The notes: generated from the sequence alone by a model not told the origin. A stretch of DNA of 64,000 bases from Savitreella phatthalungensis (GCA_051599415.1 AP039699.1:434001-498000), one strand, 5' to 3'. Counted from the first letter of the stretch, positions 1 to 12,145 are shown. Made by a program: numbers and translations.

Positions 1-2893
1 CGCTTACTGGGCGGCGAACACACTAGCGCAGAGACGAGACATGATCCTCCTCGCACTCGACTGGTCTTGCGGTCTGATTGAGCAAAAAATCGACGACTTA
101 TCTGGCGAGTTGGACGAGAATGACAGCGATATCCAGGAATACCTACGACGACTAGAAGTCTTTGCGCGGCTCGCTTCGCGTGCAGGTATCACAGAGGAAG
201 AGCTCGATTTTGAGAGAATCGCGCGAGCGCACAGCCTTTTGCCTGCCGCTCGAGCTGTCGTTGTTGATGCCCAGGCGCAAATTCGATTGCATTTTGCTCA
301 GCACGCTTTGCCCGCCGCTAATGACCCGGCTCCTTTGCAGATTGATGCCCGTGAAGCAGAAGGTGATGGTATGGCGATGCAGAACAACAACCCAGAAGAT
401 GACATCGAGGGTTTACTGGAACTCATTGGTGTCAGGGGCCCGTTGGTCGCGCTATTTCAGAATTCGATGCTCGTCATCGTCTTGGTACTCGGCTTTGTCT
501 TCTTCGGCGTCTGTCTTCCCTACGTGCTCGGCAGCGTCTCAATCAGGCTGCTCAGCGAGCCGTACACTAACATGGTCGCAAGACCTGCGTACATTATGGG
601 ACTATTCATGACAGAGTTCTTACGAGCGACACATCTCATGACGAAACCAATCATCGAACATTCTCGGTTGATCAAGTACGGACGGCTGTTGTTCGAGCGA
701 ATTGCAGCATCGGACGTTCTGAACGAAGCATTGATCAGCGCCGACGTCCTTATGCGGCGCGCTCGGGATCAGGTACTCCGGCGTATGGTTATCAAGGGTC
801 CCGATGCCGACGAAATCTACCGCACTCTCACCAACATCCTTGCTGAAATACCGCCTCGTGTTTTGGCCGTATCCAGCGGCTACGTGACAGCATCGCTTCT
901 CGGAGCACTCTACGTGCGGGCCAATATACGTTTACTGCCTGGCCATCTGGATGAGATTGTCCGGGCAATTGTTCGTCAGGCTGGCTACGTTCTGAAATTC
1001 GTCACCATACTGGGAATAGAGCTATGCGTCTTCCCATGCTACTGCGGTGCCCTCCTCGACCTGGTGCTGCTGCCCTTATTCAACGCGTCACCAGTAGATC
1101 GACTCCGATTCGCCCTGAATCACCCTTTCACAAGCCTGTACCTGCATTGGTTCTTCGGCACGAGCTACATGTTCAGCTTCGCCCTGTTTGTCAGCATGTG
1201 TCGTGGTATCGTTCGGCCGGGTCTTCTCTTCTTCATCCGCGATCCTAACGACCCTGCATTCAATCCAATCAAGGACATACTCGAACGTTCTTTGCTCAGC
1301 CAGATGCGCAAGATCGGGATTTCCGTCCTCATCTACGGTGCGCTTCTCGTCTTCGGCTTCGGCAGTGCTGTCTGGGCCGCCGGGCATATTGTCACCGGCT
1401 TGTCACCACTGAGACTGGGCGTTCTAACGAGCGGCTTCGAAGCGGGAAGCAAGGGCACCGGCGGCTTCAGTGGATCAGGCATTCTTCCAAGCAGCTTCAA
1501 CGGATCAGCTTTTACCGCAGGCGGGCTGGAACAAATTGTGATGCAACTTCTCCTGCCCTTAGCAATGCGACTCATCGACGTCGTTGCGACATACAGGGGT
1601 ATCTGGCGAGCATGGTTCATGTGGTCCGCCGCGTCGCTACGGCTTAGTAGCTTCATCATGGGTGACCGACATGTGGATGAAGAACGTGTCAGTCCCCTGT
1701 TACGGTCGCTCGGGCTCGAGAAGGCATCGGATGATGGCGATTTCAATGGGTCGTTCCGTCGCGTGCCGGCCACAGACACGCTGCCCGTGCGCATCGGCCC
1801 TGGTCAACACATGCTGATCGAGGTTGACGAGCATAACGAGCGACAAGACGGGCAACCCGAAGACGATACCAGAGAAGACGCGGCATACATGGTAGTATAT
1901 GCTCCACCACATTTCCGACTCAGACTGGGCCTGTTCATGCTTGGAATGTGGCTTTTCGCTGGTATCATGGTGCTCTTCCTTACGGTCCTGCCTATCGCCC
2001 TGGGCAGACGGCTGAGTGGGCGCCTGTTCCCGGGACAGCCCGTCAATGACCTTACGAATTACGGCTACGGCAGCTTTGCGCTGATAGTTGTTTGTGGCAC
2101 GATCACGAAGCTTGCAAAAGCTGCCAGACCTGAACGCCAACTACCGATCGAAGGCTTGGTGGAGCCGGTCGATGCACCTGCTCCTGCAAGGCAAGGTAAC
2201 GAGAACCACGATCAGCAAAATGCACGAGATGATGCTGTAGGCCACGCCGTCATCGCTGCACCGAGCGTGTTGGACTTCTTTGCTCCAGCAATCTTCCTCG
2301 CCAAATGGTCGTACATTTTCCTTTTGTCTGCGATCATCATGCCGCTACTCTGCGGTATCTGCCTAGAGGCCTATGTGGTTATGCCGCTGGCGACCTGGCT
2401 CGAGTGGCGAACCCAGCCGACATTCCATTTCTTCAACGACTGGGTGCACGGTCTTTTGGCTATCAAGTTTCTCGCTTCCTACGGGTTGGCTGCGCCCAAT
2501 AGCTGGGTGGGTCACGCACTTGTGGGCGGCATGCTCCGAGGTGACAGACGGCACGGTTGGCGAGATCCAGACATCGCTGTGGCAACGCGACGGCTGTTTG
2601 GACCAATTGTCGGTGCTGCCGCCATGGCTCTCCTGCTGCCACTTTGCAGCGCCTACACAGCCGAGCGTATCTTCTTTCAAGGATCGACGAAAATGTCGCC
2701 TGAACTCCATAACGCCATCTACCGCATCTCGTACCCAGCCTGTCTGCTGGGCGCCTCGGTGCTAGTCCTTCTTGGGTCTATCCGCGTGCTGCTTGCAAGA
2801 TGGTCACAACGTATCCGTGATGATCTCTATCTCAAGGGCAACTTACTTCACAACTACCAGGAAGATGTGCCTGCAAGAGTCGGACATGCTTAG
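1..2893 (+). CDS. DOA10: ERAD E3 ubiquitin ligase Doa10/Ssm4 (MARCH6 family), 5'-truncated by the window edge
   Basis: Many TM segments; TD-domain motifs GLLELIGVRGP, IELCVFPCYCGALLD, RPGLLFFIRDPNDPAFNPIKDIL; C-terminal W..RIRDDLYLKG..LHNY. The RING-CH domain would lie upstream of the window. Confidence 0.93.
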   Translation, partial: AYWAANTLAQRRDMILLALDWSCGLIEQKIDDLSGELDENDSDIQEYLRRLEVFARLASRAGITEEELDFERIARAHSLLPAARAVVVDAQAQIRLHFAQHALPAANDPAPLQIDAREAEGDGMAMQNNNPEDDIEGLLELIGVRGPLVALFQNSMLVIVLVLGFVFFGVCLPYVLGSVSIRLLSEPYTNMVARPAYIMGLFMTEFLRATHLMTKPIIEHSRLIKYGRLLFERIAASDVLNEALISADVLMRRARDQVLRRMVIKGPDADEIYRTLTNILAEIPPRVLAVSSGYVTASLLGALYVRANIRLLPGHLDEIVRAIVRQAGYVLKFVTILGIELCVFPCYCGALLDLVLLPLFNASPVDRLRFALNHPFTSLYLHWFFGTSYMFSFALFVSMCRGIVRPGLLFFIRDPNDPAFNPIKDILERSLLSQMRKIGISVLIYGALLVFGFGSAVWAAGHIVTGLSPLRLGVLTSGFEAGSKGTGGFSGSGILPSSFNGSAFTAGGLEQIVMQLLLPLAMRLIDVVATYRGIWRAWFMWSAASLRLSSFIMGDRHVDEERVSPLLRSLGLEKASDDGDFNGSFRRVPATDTLPVRIGPGQHMLIEVDEHNERQDGQPEDDTREDAAYMVVYAPPHFRLRLGLFMLGMWLFAGIMVLFLTVLPIALGRRLSGRLFPGQPVNDLTNYGYGSFALIVVCGTITKLAKAARPERQLPIEGLVEPVDAPAPARQGNENHDQQNARDDAVGHAVIAAPSVLDFFAPAIFLAKWSYIFLLSAIIMPLLCGICLEAYVVMPLATWLEWRTQPTFHFFNDWVHGLLAIKFLASYGLAAPNSWVGHALVGGMLRGDRRHGWRDPDIAVATRRLFGPIVGAAAMALLLPLCSAYTAERIFFQGSTKMSPELHNAIYRISYPACLLGASVLVLLGSIRVLLARWSQRIRDDLYLKGNLLHNYQEDVPARVGHA

Positions 2894-5214
2894 ACATTGT
2901 AGACTAAACAAGAGTCAAGAACACATATGGGATTACACATGGGGATTATCTGTTGTTTCGCAATGTTGATCAGCCTGCCAAGTCCGACGGTCGCCTGTGC
3001 ATGTTCGCTAAAATGACTAAGAGCTGCAGCTCGTCGCTCGGGAGGATCTGACGATAAGCCGACAAGCCATAGATGTGTGCATACACACGCAGCGATCTCG
3101 CCTATCTAGTCCTCGGAGAAGCATACACCGTCCGCACTTGCTATATCACGGCTGTATGGGCTCTTGCGGCTGCCGAGCACCAGGCGATGCGGTAAATTGC
3201 TTCCACGGCTCTCATCAGGTTGTTATGAATCGTGATGCAGCTAGCATGCGAGCTGCAGATACAAGTACACCCACGGCGAATTGATCGCCGCTTGACGTGC
3301 GGATCGTTCGAAATCGGCAACTGATCGAGCAGGTGATATTTGACTCACTTACACATGGTATCTGATATGATTCTCCAGATTGAAAGGCGGACTTAACAGA
3401 ACGTCTATCCGTCGGTGCGAAACCTGATTCTTATACAGATGCGACATTTGCAGGTACTGATGAATCAGCTGAATATACAACTACGCTGGAGCAGGACAAG
3501 TCATCAGCATCGAGACTTATGAGCTTTTTGATACGAATGCTGGTCTTAGTGCACGTCACGTACGCACGGCGAAAGGGATTTCGAACCATGCTGCCACTGA
3601 TTCGGAGGAGCAGGTTGTGAGATCCAGTAGCCCTCGGCAATTTTTCGTGTCAACCCTCGTGTCCGTGTGAATTTGAAATCGGAATGACTAGATGATTAAA
3701 TGTGCAGCGTCATACTATGCTCTGAAGGACCTCCATATTCGAAAGGGCTGTAGTTCTTTATCTCGGCTCGATTTACCGGAAGTCGCTCAAATCCTGCAGA
3801 AACGTGGTATCCCCGACTGTGAACGCCTCAACGCCTCCTTTCGCTTCCAAGCGCTAAAACTAATTGCTCGGGATTCAAGCCGAAGTTTTATGGCAACTGA
3901 GCGAGTGTGGGCGTTTGGTGGCATTCTTGCATTTTCATCAGCCAGCAAATTGATAATTGAATAGCCAAGTTGACCAAGGTCGGAAATTTAGCTTCTGGAA
4001 TGTGGGTCCGCATGGCACATTCCAACGGTGTTCTTCGATCGTCATGCAGTTCTCTTCGAAACTAAACGGGGAGGGAAGTCGAATTCGGGCTGAGCTGAGA
4101 TCCCGTTGATCCTGACCCTACTGTATCTAGAGGCACAGCAAGTTGGAGCTTATGGATGTATGTCCGCCACTCGTTTTCCAAAAATATAAACGATGAGAAA
4201 ACTTGTGCTCTGATCATCGTCCATCAGTTCTGTAAAACAGACCTGGAGAAGCGAAGCATAATTATCGCCTGAACCACGGACTTCTATTGCTTCATCTAAG
4301 TTGACGGAGTTTTGAGTCTTCGGACCGATCCAAGCCACGTACTGGATTACACTCATGACATGGCTTTTAAGTCAGATGAGACAATAGAGACTCCGAAGAC
4401 CCTCCCCACATCTGCTTCCAGCACTCGATAGTCCATACATCAAGCAGAAAGCTTGTTGGCCACAGAGCATCGGAGGCTCGGCGTCCACACAGCCGCCGGG
4501 CATGGCCATGTTCTAGAGCTCTGACACCAACCTGTTGCATCGGAAAGTTTCGCAATCGCTTGAGTTTGCCAAAATCCTCAGCCCAGCGCTCTTTAGCTAT
4601 CTTTCCACAGTAATCCAATCTGAGATCTCGTGGGCCACCATGTGCTGTTTGGGCTGTTGCAGGGCGTTGGCAATCGACCTCGTAGCTCCTCGCGAGGTCT
4701 AATCAGTATACCGGCGTTTAACATAAACCTTCTGAGCAAGCTACAGCCAATTGTCTGTCCATCATACTCTTCCCGCCGTTCCCAGCGCCAAACCTTTTTC
4801 ATTTCTGTGCGTGCTTCTGAGATACAGCCACTTGTTTCATATACTGTGGACTTGTAGCCAAGCTGCCTGGATCGGGCGCTGAGCTCAATATATGGATACA
4901 GAGTAGCTCCTTGCACGGCCTAGACTATGCTGTAGCTATACAGGATGTGCTACCGTGTCAGGATGTCTTGTTGAGGCAGGCTACGCGCGCGCACGCGCCA
5001 ATCTGTCCATTGCGCAACTGCCTGATCCTGTCGACTTTTGGAGGAGAGCTAGAGGTCAAATAAGTCCATGTGACGTCGCACAATCGGATCCCCACCTGTG
5101 TACAAACCGGGTCGGCCTTCACTTCTCGCGTCATACCATAGAGTCTCGTCTGTTGAGAATATAGGGGTATCTCGATCAGAGTCATTTTGAAAAGGGTACC
5201 TGGGATCTCTTGCC

Positions 5215-6447
5215 ATGGTTGAGATCGACAGATGTACTGCTACTAAAGGTCCGCAGTCCTGTTCTGCAACAGATGTCAAGTTCTCATCAGACATGCACGG
5301 CTCAAGAACGCCAGCACTCGCGACACTTATCGATACAGATGCTTTGGAGCGACTGGCTGATCAGATCATGCTCAGGATCACCTCTGCTGCAGCTCGTGCT
5401 ACTCATCGCCGCGCGACTCAAAGACGAGCAAGCTCGAGGTCCGCCGGCCTTCATCGTATGTCCACTGGATCTCGGGTTGCCCGCGTGGAACAGGCTTTCC
5501 TAGAGCACGATGTCGCCTCGCTTTCTATAGCTGATATGCCGCCAGCTACAGACTCCCACGATCATCAGCGTAGCGGAGCAACGGAGGGCATCTCACCGAA
5601 GGGCACTCGTGATCGGGGTTTTCGACGGTCTCGAAGCATGGATATATCGCACGAGAGTCACGTTGGATTTTCGCCTCACGAACTTGCTTCATCTCAGCGT
5701 TTTCGGAAACGCGGGCGCGAATATAGTTTCAGTATCGTGAGTGCTCCTCGTCAGAGCAGTGTTAATGTCAGCTCAGAAACACATGATGACAACGGCGCCA
5801 TGACGCCGCCACTGGTCGCACGATTGCGCATGCTTCAGGATGAAAGTGATCCAGCAGAGATAGCTCACGAGCTTGAGATATCGCTACCTTACCTCATGGC
5901 TCAAGTGACGTATCCACGTCCTTGGCCGCAGCTATTAGACGACACCACGTCAGCAAGCTCGTCAAACGTCGAGGTGAGGGGAGCACGCACCGCCTCCGGT
6001 CAAGTATTCAGCAATCAACGGGGTGAAAAAGCTGCTTACTTCATTTTTCCCGACCTGCACATCCTTACGGAAGGCAACTGGACTGCACACATCTCACTCG
6101 TTGCTTTCTCGCCGCAGCAGGGTGAGCCCGAGGATTCTTTTAGTGCTTCGGTGCTTACCACAGTCGCCGCACCTCATCCCTGTCGGGTCACACGATTCCC
6201 TCTGTCGGCCGGAGGCTTACAGGCACACACAGAGGACATTGAAACATTTGAGCTCTTGGCCGGGCTGCGTCAACAGAATGCGCCGATCCGAGCATCAGCT
6301 TCCTTTCTCGATCTACTAGAGGTGCACGACATCGGCGGAATCAGCATTTCCGCCGCACAAGCACGAGCACTTTCATCAGATTCATCTGTCTTGACTGACA
6401 TCAGCTCTGGCGAGATGGCCTCCGCTGAAGGCTCGTCCAGCAACTGA
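5215..6447 (+). CDS. Divergent velvet-domain protein
   Basis: 410-aa ORF; ordered motifs YSFSIVSAP, MTPPLVARLRM, AAYFIFPDLHILTEGNW and LLAGLRQQNAPIR match the velvet consensus blocks (PPPIVQL; FFVFPDLSVRTEG.Y; L..QG..I). Confidence 0.7.
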   Translation: MVEIDRCTATKGPQSCSATDVKFSSDMHGSRTPALATLIDTDALERLADQIMLRITSAAARATHRRATQRRASSRSAGLHRMSTGSRVARVEQAFLEHDVASLSIADMPPATDSHDHQRSGATEGISPKGTRDRGFRRSRSMDISHESHVGFSPHELASSQRFRKRGREYSFSIVSAPRQSSVNVSSETHDDNGAMTPPLVARLRMLQDESDPAEIAHELEISLPYLMAQVTYPRPWPQLLDDTTSASSSNVEVRGARTASGQVFSNQRGEKAAYFIFPDLHILTEGNWTAHISLVAFSPQQGEPEDSFSASVLTTVAAPHPCRVTRFPLSAGGLQAHTEDIETFELLAGLRQQNAPIRASASFLDLLEVHDIGGISISAAQARALSSDSSVLTDISSGEMASAEGSSSN

Positions 6448-6584
6448 ACGCAACATTGTCACATCCGACACACTCAGAGAATTGGAAGTGAGCTAAGCAG
6501 CAAGGTTGTGGCCCCTTAGGATATCGGGGAAATAGTCATGATCATTGTACATCATCAAAGGTGTAAATATTGGAAGCTTTAGAA

Positions 6585-7292
6585 TCAAGTCGCGCTTGCA
6601 GGTGCATTCCACGCAGCGGGAATGTCCGCATCGGCGAAGAAATACCTGTCAATAGATTTGCCATCGATTGCAGCCATCCGAATGACACCTCCAGAGCTGC
6701 CATCTCGCTCCATCGCGAGCGCAATAGCGTGCTTCAGGAAATCAATCGCCTCTTCCCGCGTCATGTCCTTCCGGAAATTTGTGTCAACATATCCGTAGAT
6801 GTATGTAGAGCCTGATCCGCCAATGGCGATGTCCTGCTTGTGAATGCTCCCACCAAGCGGGATTGAGTAGACCTCGCCTCCGGATTTCGCGTCCCATCCA
6901 GCAACGATCAGACCAGCACTGAGGTTGTCTTTGTTTGAATAGCACATCTCAGCTGCGAGATTGGCAGCGACGCGTACCGTCGGTGGAGCTCCATTCTGAG
7001 CCTCGTACATCTGTAGATAGTAATGTAAGATATCGGCAACGGCTTGCGTGTCTGCTGCGCTGCCGGATCGACAGCACCAAATATTATCATAGATCTGGGT
7101 CAGTTTATCTGTGACTCGATTCGCTATGTAGGCTCCGGTCGTAGTTCGCGAATCTGCAGCAAGCAACACGCCTCCGTCATACTTGACAGCGGCAATTGTG
7201 GTACCCATCGAGACCTCTCCCTTTTTCAGAGCCTTCCAATCGATGCCGAGTGAATGATCCATGACAGACGTGTGAGCAGAATAAGTCGTCAT
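6585..7292 (-). CDS. PRE3: 20S proteasome subunit beta1
   Basis: Propeptide ending KKGEVSMG followed by catalytic [50 protein letters not shown]. First ATG at 7292 (alternative 7262). Confidence 0.97.
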   Translation of the reverse strand: MTTYSAHTSVMDHSLGIDWKALKKGEVSMGTTIAAVKYDGGVLLAADSRTTTGAYIANRVTDKLTQIYDNIWCCRSGSAADTQAVADILHYYLQMYEAQNGAPPTVRVAANLAAEMCYSNKDNLSAGLIVAGWDAKSGGEVYSIPLGGSIHKQDIAIGGSGSTYIYGYVDTNFRKDMTREEAIDFLKHAIALAMERDGSSGGVIRMAAIDGKSIDRYFFADADIPAAWNAPASAT

Positions 7293-7768
7293 ACTTGATA
7301 CCTGCAGCCTCAACCTTCGTCTTTTGTCGAACAGCTACTTCAGTATAGCGAGTGGACGAGCGAGTGAATGCGTATGGTATTTCGCGCGCAATGTCGACGT
7401 AAGCGCCTCCAATGCATGGATGTCCTGCATCGAGAACAATTTTGATACACGACTGTTCAGACATTGGAGCACGTGAAAGTATAAGACAATTCACTTCATC
7501 AACATTGCGAGTGAAATCGAACTGACCTCTGTAGCAACGGCGCGCGCCGTGCTGCTTGAGAACTGCGTTTCATGACCTTAGCGAAGTCATTTCCACAGGT
7601 CTAGGAAGTCATCAGGGAGCTACATAATCACAATGCTAGAATGAGTCTACTTAATTGACCCAGAAGCCGACTGGTCAAGCTCAACGATCCAGGGTTGGAT
7701 TCAGCCTCGAAAGCTACCTTGGCAGAGAAGTATCAAAATCTACGTGAGACGCGGCTAGCAGACCAGTC

Positions 7769-9871
7769 ATGCCTTCACGCAAACGTCAGGAGACGGAGCT
7801 ACCTTCGCATCCGTTCAGATTCACGACTTTTACCACGGCCTCATCGCTGAACCTCAAGAACTTTTATACGGGCTACCTGAAAAATGACAATCAAACTCTC
7901 TCAACAAGGCTGATACAGGATAACTTGAAGAAGGCCGCAGCTGCGAAGTCACAACGCGAGGCTGCCGCTGCGGCGGCAAAGGCAGGCACTCCAGACGACA
8001 CAGCATCGCTCGCACCAGAGGATGAAGACGATGCTGCTGAGCAGGCCGCAGGCAGCAAAACAATCGTGCTCCACCTAGGTTCGAGCAATATGCGTGTTGG
8101 CCTTGCAAGTGCATACCAGCCTGAGACAGTGCCCATGGTCATCGCTCGACGTGCACCAGGATCCAGCTTTGTGAGCCGTCCACTGGCTGAAGCCGACAGA
8201 AATTTTGGACCAGGCATGTTCGGACAACGCTTCGAAGAATCCTGGGCGAAGCTGGAAGCCACGATGAAACAGCGCATGCGCGACGCAAAGCGGCGGCAAG
8301 TCCCGCAAGCTGCAGAAATGTCCGCCAACTTCAACAACCGCAGTAAGCCTGAGGATGTAAATGAGCATAACGATTCCGGAAAGGTGGAATGGACGGATGT
8401 TTCCACGGAGCCTCCCATTATCACTGGCGTTGCGGCACTCAGAATACCACCTGATTCGCAGCCACCCTACAATCTTTACAGACCGATTCAGTATGGCCTT
8501 CTAAACGAGGACATCTATTCGCATCTCCCACAAGCCCTCGGCGACATAAGGATTATCTTGGAGGCAGCCTTCATCAACGAACTCAACATTGCGCGGTCGT
8601 CATTTTCGGAATACGGTCTTGCCTTCATCATCCCGGATCTGTACGACAGGACACTGGTGGAGAAGCTGCTAGAGATGTTCATGCGAGAGTTCAATTTCAC
8701 TGAGATCGCGGTGCTACAAGAGTCCACTTGCAGCGTCTATGGTGCAGGCATGACCTCAGCCTGCGTGATTGATGTCGGCTCGCAGACGACGACGATCAGC
8801 TGTGTTGAAGACGGAGCTGTCATCGCGGATTCGCGCGCATCACTCGCCTTTGGCGGCGACGATATGACGCTTCTGTTCACCAAACTGCTTCTCCGAGCGC
8901 AGTTTCCTTATCGCGAATTCGACCTCAGCAGAACATTCGACATGGCGTTCGCAGAAGACCTGAAGCTCCGCTTCTGCACCGCCAACGAGGCAGACGCTGC
9001 CATCCAGCTATATTCCGCGTTTCAGAGGCAGCCAGGACGTCGCACGACCCACAAGTACGAGTTCAAGGTTTACGATGACCAGATCCTTACACCAATGTCG
9101 GTCTATGAACCCAGCATATACGAGCTTGAAGGCAAGCAAGGGGGGCGCAGAAAATTCTTGCAACCTGCGGTTGACATCTTCGAAGGGACCCCGGTTGAGC
9201 CTGAGTCAGTACTGCAGGACAGATTAGTGTACGGGCGATCCGACAAAGAGGCAAACGCTTTGCTCGTGCCGCCCGGTGGACCACGCGTTGGCGTCCAGCC
9301 GGCGCAGAAACCCGCCAACGGAGATGCTGCAAATGCCGCGACCGCCGCTACCGACTCAACGCCCATGGAAGTGGACGGTGTTGATGCGTCGCCTGCTCCC
9401 GCAAGTGCTGCACAGCTGGCAGAGTCCGTGAGTCTGCCAGAGCCTGTCGCCACTGACGAGACTATAGCACAACTCAAGGAACAAGCGCCACCTCGGCCTG
9501 TCGTGTTTCCGCTCGACCAGGCTGTGGTCGCATCGATTGAATGCGCTTGCGAGAATATTCCGGTGCCACAGGCAGAAGAGCGCCTCAAAGCTCTGACATC
9601 AACCGTCATTATCACCGGCGCAGGGTACAACTTCCCTTTCGCTGGCCATTACCTACATGAGCGGCTGCATACCTTGAGGCCAGGATGGGCTCATCTCGCC
9701 ATCATCCCTGCACCACGCGAGCTCGATCCTGCCGTGCTAGCCTGGAAAGGAATGTCCATCTTAGCGCGATGTCGCGTGTACGCAGAGTTTGCTATCACAA
9801 GAGAGGAGTACGACAGGATCGGACTGAGATCCATGCAGGCAAAGAGCAACGGCTATTTCTGGTTAGGCTAG
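7769..9871 (+). CDS. ARP8: Actin-related protein 8 (INO80 complex)
   Basis: N-terminal LNLKNFYTGYLKND; actin fold IVLHLGSSNMRVGLAS, SACVIDVGSQTT, FGGDDMT, PRELDPAVLAWKG. Confidence 0.93.
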   Translation: MPSRKRQETELPSHPFRFTTFTTASSLNLKNFYTGYLKNDNQTLSTRLIQDNLKKAAAAKSQREAAAAAAKAGTPDDTASLAPEDEDDAAEQAAGSKTIVLHLGSSNMRVGLASAYQPETVPMVIARRAPGSSFVSRPLAEADRNFGPGMFGQRFEESWAKLEATMKQRMRDAKRRQVPQAAEMSANFNNRSKPEDVNEHNDSGKVEWTDVSTEPPIITGVAALRIPPDSQPPYNLYRPIQYGLLNEDIYSHLPQALGDIRIILEAAFINELNIARSSFSEYGLAFIIPDLYDRTLVEKLLEMFMREFNFTEIAVLQESTCSVYGAGMTSACVIDVGSQTTTISCVEDGAVIADSRASLAFGGDDMTLLFTKLLLRAQFPYREFDLSRTFDMAFAEDLKLRFCTANEADAAIQLYSAFQRQPGRRTTHKYEFKVYDDQILTPMSVYEPSIYELEGKQGGRRKFLQPAVDIFEGTPVEPESVLQDRLVYGRSDKEANALLVPPGGPRVGVQPAQKPANGDAANAATAATDSTPMEVDGVDASPAPASAAQLAESVSLPEPVATDETIAQLKEQAPPRPVVFPLDQAVVASIECACENIPVPQAEERLKALTSTVIITGAGYNFPFAGHYLHERLHTLRPGWAHLAIIPAPRELDPAVLAWKGMSILARCRVYAEFAITREEYDRIGLRSMQAKSNGYFWLG

Positions 9872-10293
9872 TCGTCACATCATGACACACTCACATAAAC
9901 ATACGTACGCGCACTCACGTCTATATATGGATCGATCGTGGGCATGTCGCTCGCGTTGGGCTGTTCGGATAGCTTTTGAGATAGTGAAGTGCTGTGGGCA
10001 GACAGCGCGTCCCTTTCTAAGTAGGCAGACAGAGTTGCACCAGCGGACCAGTGTATAAGATTTACCTTGCAGCTGTCAATCCGCGGGATGCCGATCAATG
10101 TACGAAACACAGCCTAGCACTGGATGGAGTTGCAAATTTGACTCAACCGCGTAAAATTTCTATTTTAGGAAATGACTCACCTCCATCCCTCATGCGGTCT
10201 TCGCAATTGACAAGACTACCATCCGCCTTGCTGCGCGGCTTCAAGAACGCTTGTTGACATTCACAGGATCACTTGACGAGCTTCTAAGTGAAT

Positions 10294-11346
10294 ATGCCCA
10301 CCGATATCGTTGTTCTCGGTGCTGGCGTGCTAGGTCTGACGATAGCATATCAGCTCTCGCGAGCAGACCAAAAACACAAATACCGCGTACGGATCGTGGC
10401 CAAGAGCTTCCCTGACGATCCGGATGTGACCTATACGTCACAGTACGCCGGCGCCAACTGGCGAAGCGTCTGTGCCAATGATGATCAGACCATGCAAGGG
10501 TTGGAACGCGATACGCTTCTGTATTTGCGCAACTTCGCCCGCTCGCCCGACGGCGAAGGACTAGTACGCGAATGTATGGCGATTGATTATTTTGACCCAC
10601 GGCAGCCGGATGAACAAGACGCACGAATCATCCGGAAGACGGACGTCGCAGGCGGAGAACAGCCCTGGTTCAAGGAGATTTGCAGCAAGTATGCTGTCTT
10701 GCGCGACGAAAATCTGCCACCTGGCGTTCAGTTTGCCGTCACCTTCGATACAGTGACGATCAATGCTCCCCAGTATGTTCAATGGCTGTATGAGCGCTGT
10801 ATCGAGGCTGGAGTGGAAATTGAGCGTAAGCAAGTGTCATCGTTGGAAGAGGCTGCTCTGGAGGATGGGATTTTGGTAAATGCGACAGGTCTCGCCGCGA
10901 GAGAACTTGCAAATGATTCGGCAGTCTATGCGACCCGTGGCCAGACTGTATTGGTTCGGAACACGACGAATCTCAAAGACACGCTGTCACGCGTAGGCGA
11001 CAAGTGGCTATCTTATCTAATTCCGCGTCCTGGCGAAGGCGAGCTGGACGGCTTGATCATCGGCGGCTGCCAGCAACCCGGCAACGAGTCGTATGAGGTG
11101 GACGAACAACTTGCACAAACGATGCTCGGCTGGGCAAAAGAGCTTTATCCCGGCGTGTTTCCCCAAGATCATGAATTTGAGGTGCTCAAGCACAATGTGG
11201 GTATGCGTCCGTCACGCAAGGGTGGCGTTCGAATCGAGCGGGAAAGCTTGAAGAGTGGCAAGACCGTTGTGCACGCATACGGAATCGGCGGCTGGGGCTA
11301 TCAATCATCGTGGGGCATTGGCTTGGCAGTTCAGCGTCTTCTCTGA
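10294..11346 (+). CDS. DAO1: D-amino acid oxidase / D-aspartate oxidase family flavoenzyme
   Basis: IVVLGAGVLGL FAD motif; YTSQYAGANW; VNATGLAA; RGQTVLV; HNVGMRPSRKGG; HAYGIGGWGYQSSWG. Confidence 0.93.
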   Translation: MPTDIVVLGAGVLGLTIAYQLSRADQKHKYRVRIVAKSFPDDPDVTYTSQYAGANWRSVCANDDQTMQGLERDTLLYLRNFARSPDGEGLVRECMAIDYFDPRQPDEQDARIIRKTDVAGGEQPWFKEICSKYAVLRDENLPPGVQFAVTFDTVTINAPQYVQWLYERCIEAGVEIERKQVSSLEEAALEDGILVNATGLAARELANDSAVYATRGQTVLVRNTTNLKDTLSRVGDKWLSYLIPRPGEGELDGLIIGGCQQPGNESYEVDEQLAQTMLGWAKELYPGVFPQDHEFEVLKHNVGMRPSRKGGVRIERESLKSGKTVVHAYGIGGWGYQSSWGIGLAVQRLL

Positions 11347-12145
11347 GTTTGGAGACAAATCCCAAAGACAATTTTCCGAAGCTAGAGCCTCAGGACATAG
11401 AGCTGCACATCAAGGCATCACAGCGGCTTACATTTCGGGACACGTGCTTAAATCATTGTCGGTCTGAGGACTTGGGTATCTTGCACTGGTCTCACGGCGG
11501 CTTTTCGATCCAGCAACAGATCTTCAAACTAAGTGATGACAATGTGGCAGAATAGATCGAAGAGTCCGGCAGTGTGGAGCAGATTTGCCTCATGCTTGAT
11601 CATATGCCTCTATTGTATGAAGCCCGTGTGTTTAGCAGCACTGGTCGGACGACAAAACGTTTGGGATATTGAGCAGAAGAGATATCACTAATTACTATTG
11701 AATCCAATGCAGCTCTAACAATCATAAGATGAGAAGCTTTCCATAGATATAAGAGAGGCCAATTTACATGGAGACGTGAAGAGTATTCGCAACTAATAAG
11801 ACACTATGGATCTAAGTGCAATCCCATCATTTGAATTCCCAGTGAAACTCCATTCTTGTATAAATCTCAGGGCCTTTAATTTGTGCCTTCATTATTCACC
11901 CTTTTGTTGAATCTATTAGCTGGACTCTCGCGGTCTATTAATTGCATATTCATTCAAATATCGATATTGCGGGAGACCGCTTTCAACTTGATTTGATCAC
12001 AATTTGGATAAGTGAAGTCATATATGGACTGCCTGTGATCATCGCGGTATACACGGAAGGTTATTGCTATTGTTGCAGCCATGGTAGATTGATCCAGGCA
12101 CCCACCCACTGACTGACTTTTGAGACTTTGAGAGAGGTGATCATC

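Noticed and set aside
7537..7550. 14-bp palindrome ACGGCGCGCGCCGT in the PRE3/ARP8 divergent promoter
   Set aside because: Mostly CG dinucleotide repeats; no factor can be assigned from sequence alone.
11335..11385. Cryptic PTS1 on D-amino acid oxidase via stop-codon readthrough
   Set aside because: Stop context is TGA-GTT rather than TGA-CTA, and the extension ends IFRS, not a PTS1.
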